Shown here: in pieces, positions 60,587 through 64,000 of the stretch | Position numbering within the stretch: the stretch's first letter is position 1 | How the letters are laid out: every line of letters begins with the position of its first letter | Assembly (NCBI GenBank): GCA_040217195.1 | Contig: JAVJNR010000003.1 | Location: forward strand, 64,001 to 128,000 | DNA length: 64,000 nt | Reading direction: 5' to 3' | Origin: Leptospiraceae bacterium | GTDB lineage: Bacteria; Spirochaetota; Leptospiria; Leptospirales; Leptonemataceae | The notes under the pieces: generated by a model | Databases searched by the model: none | Seen by the model: the letters and a program-made list of their open reading frames with translations, nothing else | What the model was told of the DNA's origin: nothing | Program-made: the position numbers and the translations under genes

Positions 60587-61489
60587 ATGATTTCCAAAAA
60601 GGCTGCGATACGCTACGGAGTGGGCTTCATTGCTCTGGCTATTTCCACGTATTTTCTCACCGTTCTAACGGTGACCATTTTCAATTCCGGCCGGTCCGAA
60701 GAAATCCAGTATCCAGCATCTTTTTTTGAGCCAGCGGCTACAAATCTGGTTTTCGCTCATCGTGGCCTCACCGACGGAACCATTGAAAACACAATTCCAT
60801 CCTTCGAAAGAGCTATCGAGCTCGGAACGGATGTCCTGGAAATTGATGTGCAAATTACTCTGGACGGTACTGTAGTACTGTTTCATGATTCGGATTTAAC
60901 CCGACTGGCCGGTCGACCGGAAACCATTGCCCAGTTGAGTCTGGCCCAGATTCAGCAACTGCGCATACCTTACGGATGCCTGGATGGTTGTCAGACCATA
61001 CCAACTCTGGAGCAGTTTCTCACATCGTTTCCCGATCATCCTACCAACATTGAGCTAAAAACAGAAAGTAAGGAAATGGCCCGCCTGGTAGCCACCATGC
61101 TTGCCAGCAGACAGGACCGAAAGGATGTAATCGTAGGAAGCGCTCATTCAGAGGCCGTGGAAGAATTTCGACGTCATTCCTCTCTTCCCACTTCAGCCCA
61201 CACTTCAGAAGTTATCCAGGCATCGGTTTGCTTTTTACTTCAGGCACGCTGTAGATTTGACTTCCAGGCACTGCAACTACCCTACCGACCGAATTCCATT
61301 CTTCCGGCACTGCGTGCCGATCCAGACTTTCTGGAATGGGCCAGGCAGAGGGGATTGCGTACCCATTACTGGACAATTAATGATGCGAAAGATATGAAAA
61401 CTCTGCTTGAAAGAAATGTTGATGGATTGATGACCGATTATCCCGGCCGTGCACTGGAAATCCGTTCCAGGCTATCGTCCAAACAATAA
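60587..61489 (+). CDS. Glycerophosphodiester phosphodiesterase
   Basis: AHRG…ENT, EIDVQITLDG…FHD, NIELK, WTIND, GLMTDYP. Confidence 0.93.
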   Translation: MISKKAAIRYGVGFIALAISTYFLTVLTVTIFNSGRSEEIQYPASFFEPAATNLVFAHRGLTDGTIENTIPSFERAIELGTDVLEIDVQITLDGTVVLFHDSDLTRLAGRPETIAQLSLAQIQQLRIPYGCLDGCQTIPTLEQFLTSFPDHPTNIELKTESKEMARLVATMLASRQDRKDVIVGSAHSEAVEEFRRHSSLPTSAHTSEVIQASVCFLLQARCRFDFQALQLPYRPNSILPALRADPDFLEWARQRGLRTHYWTINDAKDMKTLLERNVDGLMTDYPGRALEIRSRLSSKQ

Positions 61490-61563
61490 AACGGCCGGGG
61501 AAACAACGAAGGCTCCAATATTCATGGCCAGACAATCAAATCGGCCGTAACCTGGAAAAACAG

Positions 61564-62304
61564 ATGCGAACATTAGAGAAAGTCCAGATAAACTATAACA
61601 ACACCCTCAGATCATTTGCGCTGGATCGCTGCCTGGCATCCGCGGTTCTTATTTCAAGCTTGATTCTTACGGCCTGCAATCCTGGCGAAGAGCAAAGCAA
61701 AGTTGAAATGCAAAACCAGGATACGAAAGCACCTGCAATTCTATTCTTAGGAGATAGCCTCACTGCCGGTCTGGGACTGGAGAAGTTTCAGGCTGCACCG
61801 GCACTCATTCAGCAAAAAATAGATAAAGAAGGCTGGAATCTAAGAGTAATCAATGCTGGAGTATCCGGTGATACCACCTCTGGCGGCCTTTCCCGTCTGG
61901 ACTGGTATCTGCGAAAAGAAAATGAAATCAAATTTCTAATCATTGGCCTGGGATCGAACGATGGCATGCGAGGACTGTCCATTCCAGAAATGCGCAGGAA
62001 CCTGGTGGATATCGTCGAAAAGACCCGGAAGTTTGATTCAGATATTGAGATTTTTCTCTACGAACTTCATACCTTTCCCAGCATGGGACCAGATTATGCG
62101 AATCGCTTTCAAGCGGTGTTTCCACAACTGGCCCGGGAACTGGACTTACATTTAGTTGCCTTTCCCTTAAAAGGGGTCGCCGGTCAGGATAACCTGAATC
62201 AAAACGATGGTATCCATCCAAACGTTGAAGGGACCAAAATCATGGCTCAAAATATCTGGAATAGCATCAGGCCAGTCCTTGCAAAATCTGTCGGAGAAAA
62301 GTAG
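61564..62304 (+). CDS. GDSL/SGNH arylesterase (TesA-like), predicted lipoprotein
   Basis: GDSLTAG, NAGVSGDTT, LGSND, DGIHPN; LTA/C lipobox. Confidence 0.9.
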   Translation: MRTLEKVQINYNNTLRSFALDRCLASAVLISSLILTACNPGEEQSKVEMQNQDTKAPAILFLGDSLTAGLGLEKFQAAPALIQQKIDKEGWNLRVINAGVSGDTTSGGLSRLDWYLRKENEIKFLIIGLGSNDGMRGLSIPEMRRNLVDIVEKTRKFDSDIEIFLYELHTFPSMGPDYANRFQAVFPQLARELDLHLVAFPLKGVAGQDNLNQNDGIHPNVEGTKIMAQNIWNSIRPVLAKSVGEK

Positions 62305-62355
62305 AAGCAAGAGTAAGCAGAGATGCCGGATTCCTGGCCAGGACAGCCGGGGTCC

Positions 62356-62481
62356 GATATATCCGGACTTCCGGCGCAGGTAGCCAAAAAAATTCAAGTA
62401 AATCCAGACCTCCGGGCCCGGTCGGCCAGAAAGAACAAAGATATATCCGGACTTCCAGGCGCAGTCAGCCAGATGCAGATA
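62356..62481. repeat. Degenerate 42-bp tandem repeat (about 3 units) between convergent genes
   Basis: GATATATCCGGACTTCC at 62356 and 62440 (84 bp apart) with a diverged unit GTAAATCCAGACCTCCGGG at 62398. Confidence 0.7.
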
Positions 62482-62562
62482 AAGGAAATGGAAGCCTTCA
62501 GACCCTCGGCTACAAATCGTTTCCTGAGCCAGATGCTTTAAGATTGGAATCCAGCGCGAAAC

Positions 62563-63906
62563 TCAAAGTAGATTACGAGCCTTGATCCTGAGATATTCGT
62601 TGATGATTCCTGCATTTAAATCTTCAGGAAGCGTATCCATAACCAAAACGCCTCGATTTCTTAACTTCTGCTGGAGCTCCGATTTCCAGAGTAGATAGTC
62701 TGCCACATTGGATTGAAAGAAAGCTTCATCCAGTGTTTCCGGTGGATGGTCCAGGCTATGATGTAAATCCGGTGGATTGAGCATCACTGCAAAAGGCAGA
62801 TGTTTCCCGCTGAGAGTACCCAGATAAGCATGAACCATATCTGCCGTTCGATCATCGATAATTGTAGTGAGCAATATGAGCAATGTGCGTTTTCTCAGAA
62901 CTGTATTCAGGAATCGAAAAGCACCTTCATAGTCGCTTTCTGTATAATCTGCTTCCAGGTCATAGGCCGCCTGCACTATCTTCTCCCGGTTGTTCCGCGC
63001 CGGTTTAACATATCTGAGCACACGGTTGGAGAAGGCCAGAAAGCCAACCCGATCCTGCTGTCTTTCTGCAACTGCGGAGAGCAACAATGAACCATTGATG
63101 GCATAATCCAGATAGCTTCTGGCATCATCCGTGGCAGTCATTGTTCTGCCACAATCCACCAGAAATAGAACACTCTGGTTCCGATTCATTTCGTATTCAC
63201 GAACAATTAGCTTTTGATTTCGAGCTGTGGCCTTCCAGTCTATGTGGCGAAACTCATCGTCTCTGGTATAGTCCCGGAGTCTTTCAAATTCCTGATCCCC
63301 TCCTCGACGGCGAAACTTGCGCACACCCATCAGGCCCAGATGGCTCTTACGAGCCAGAAGCAGGTAGCGGCTAATGGCTTTCAAATCCGGATATACTCGC
63401 ACATCGGTGGAGCAAGGCATTACGTGGATTCTTCGCATGAGCCCCACCAGAGAAAAGCAAGTTAGATATACATGGCGAAACTGATACAATCCTCTTCTGG
63501 CTATCCTAATACGATAGGAAAGACTGTTGATTCCTCTGCGAAACCGACCCTCAAAAGGCATTCCATATTCTCTGGCCTGGTCGAATTCATGATCGGCCAC
63601 TTTTATACGGAAACTGCCCTGCAGCGTTCGGCGAACATGTACATCCAGAGTAATATGATGTCTGAATCCCTGAGAAAAGATTCTATCAGTCTTGCGTTCC
63701 ACGTAGAATCTTTTTTTTCCAGGAATGGTGAATGCATCCAGCAGTCCGAATACAGCCCAGAAGGCAAGTGCGCCCAGAATAATAAGTCTGGCTGGATCAT
63801 AATAAATACGAAGGGAGGGCAGGAAATACAGTGTCCCCGCAGTGCCAGCCGATACAACGGCCAGCACCAGCAAAGGATACCAGAATCGATTCGTAGGATA
63901 GAACAT
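62563..63906 (-). CDS. DUF58 (VWA-associated) protein
   Basis: VRVYPD, EFERLRDY…DEFRHIDWKATAR…LIVREYE, DCGRTM, DRVG. Confidence 0.92.
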   Translation of the reverse strand: MFYPTNRFWYPLLVLAVVSAGTAGTLYFLPSLRIYYDPARLIILGALAFWAVFGLLDAFTIPGKKRFYVERKTDRIFSQGFRHHITLDVHVRRTLQGSFRIKVADHEFDQAREYGMPFEGRFRRGINSLSYRIRIARRGLYQFRHVYLTCFSLVGLMRRIHVMPCSTDVRVYPDLKAISRYLLLARKSHLGLMGVRKFRRRGGDQEFERLRDYTRDDEFRHIDWKATARNQKLIVREYEMNRNQSVLFLVDCGRTMTATDDARSYLDYAINGSLLLSAVAERQQDRVGFLAFSNRVLRYVKPARNNREKIVQAAYDLEADYTESDYEGAFRFLNTVLRKRTLLILLTTIIDDRTADMVHAYLGTLSGKHLPFAVMLNPPDLHHSLDHPPETLDEAFFQSNVADYLLWKSELQQKLRNRGVLVMDTLPEDLNAGIINEYLRIKARNLL

Positions 63907-63907
63907 C

Positions 63908-64000
63908 TCAGGTTCCGGGCACTTCCACGCTTTCCAGTAAGCTGTTGACTACATCGTCTGGTTTCATTCCCTCCACTTCGCTTTCCGGAGTAAGCATCAA
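63908..64000 (-). CDS. C-terminal end of a probable MoxR-family AAA+ ATPase (partial)
   Basis: Minus strand reads LMLTPESEVEGMKPDDVVNSLLESVEVPGT*, a MoxR-like C-terminus, directly upstream of DUF58. Confidence 0.7.
   Translation of the reverse strand: MMLTPESEVEGMKPDDVVNSLLESVEVPGT

Noticed and set aside
62356..62481. Possible mini-CRISPR array
   Set aside because: Units are contiguous and diverged, with no identical repeats separated by unique spacers, and no cas genes are in the window

Overview
A gene-dense ~64 kb bacterial chromosomal segment of about 50% GC (by eye) with ~55 CDS, mostly housekeeping, lipid-metabolism and signalling genes. The gene repertoire suggests a free-living Leptospiraceae/spirochaete, which is inference only. 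Recognisable genes are ndh, tilS, manA, hom, glpT, a coupled recC-recB-recD operon, gluQ, an aldehyde dehydrogenase, SDRs, acyltransferases, a ynbA/ynbB-like pair, a class III cyclase, a GDPD, a TesA-like esterase and DUF58/MoxR. I saw no rRNA, tRNA, CRISPR array, transposase or integrase. Most notable: (1) a translationally coupled tandem-rhodanese lipoprotein and pentaheme cytochrome c lipoprotein with a lone Cys between hemes 4 and 5, resembling a minimal Geobacter ExtH/ExtKL sulfur/selenium redox module; (2) a PAS-GAF-PAS-GGDEF-EAL gene split by a single in-frame TAG inside the EAL domain; (3) a porin-like gene with Fur-box-like sites upstream; (4) several apparent pseudo-enzymes; (5) a 59-aa ORF missed by the supplied track; (6) degenerate tandem repeats in convergent intergenic gaps. 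All calls come from motif reading without database searches, and some start codons were re-chosen from RBS and overlap evidence.
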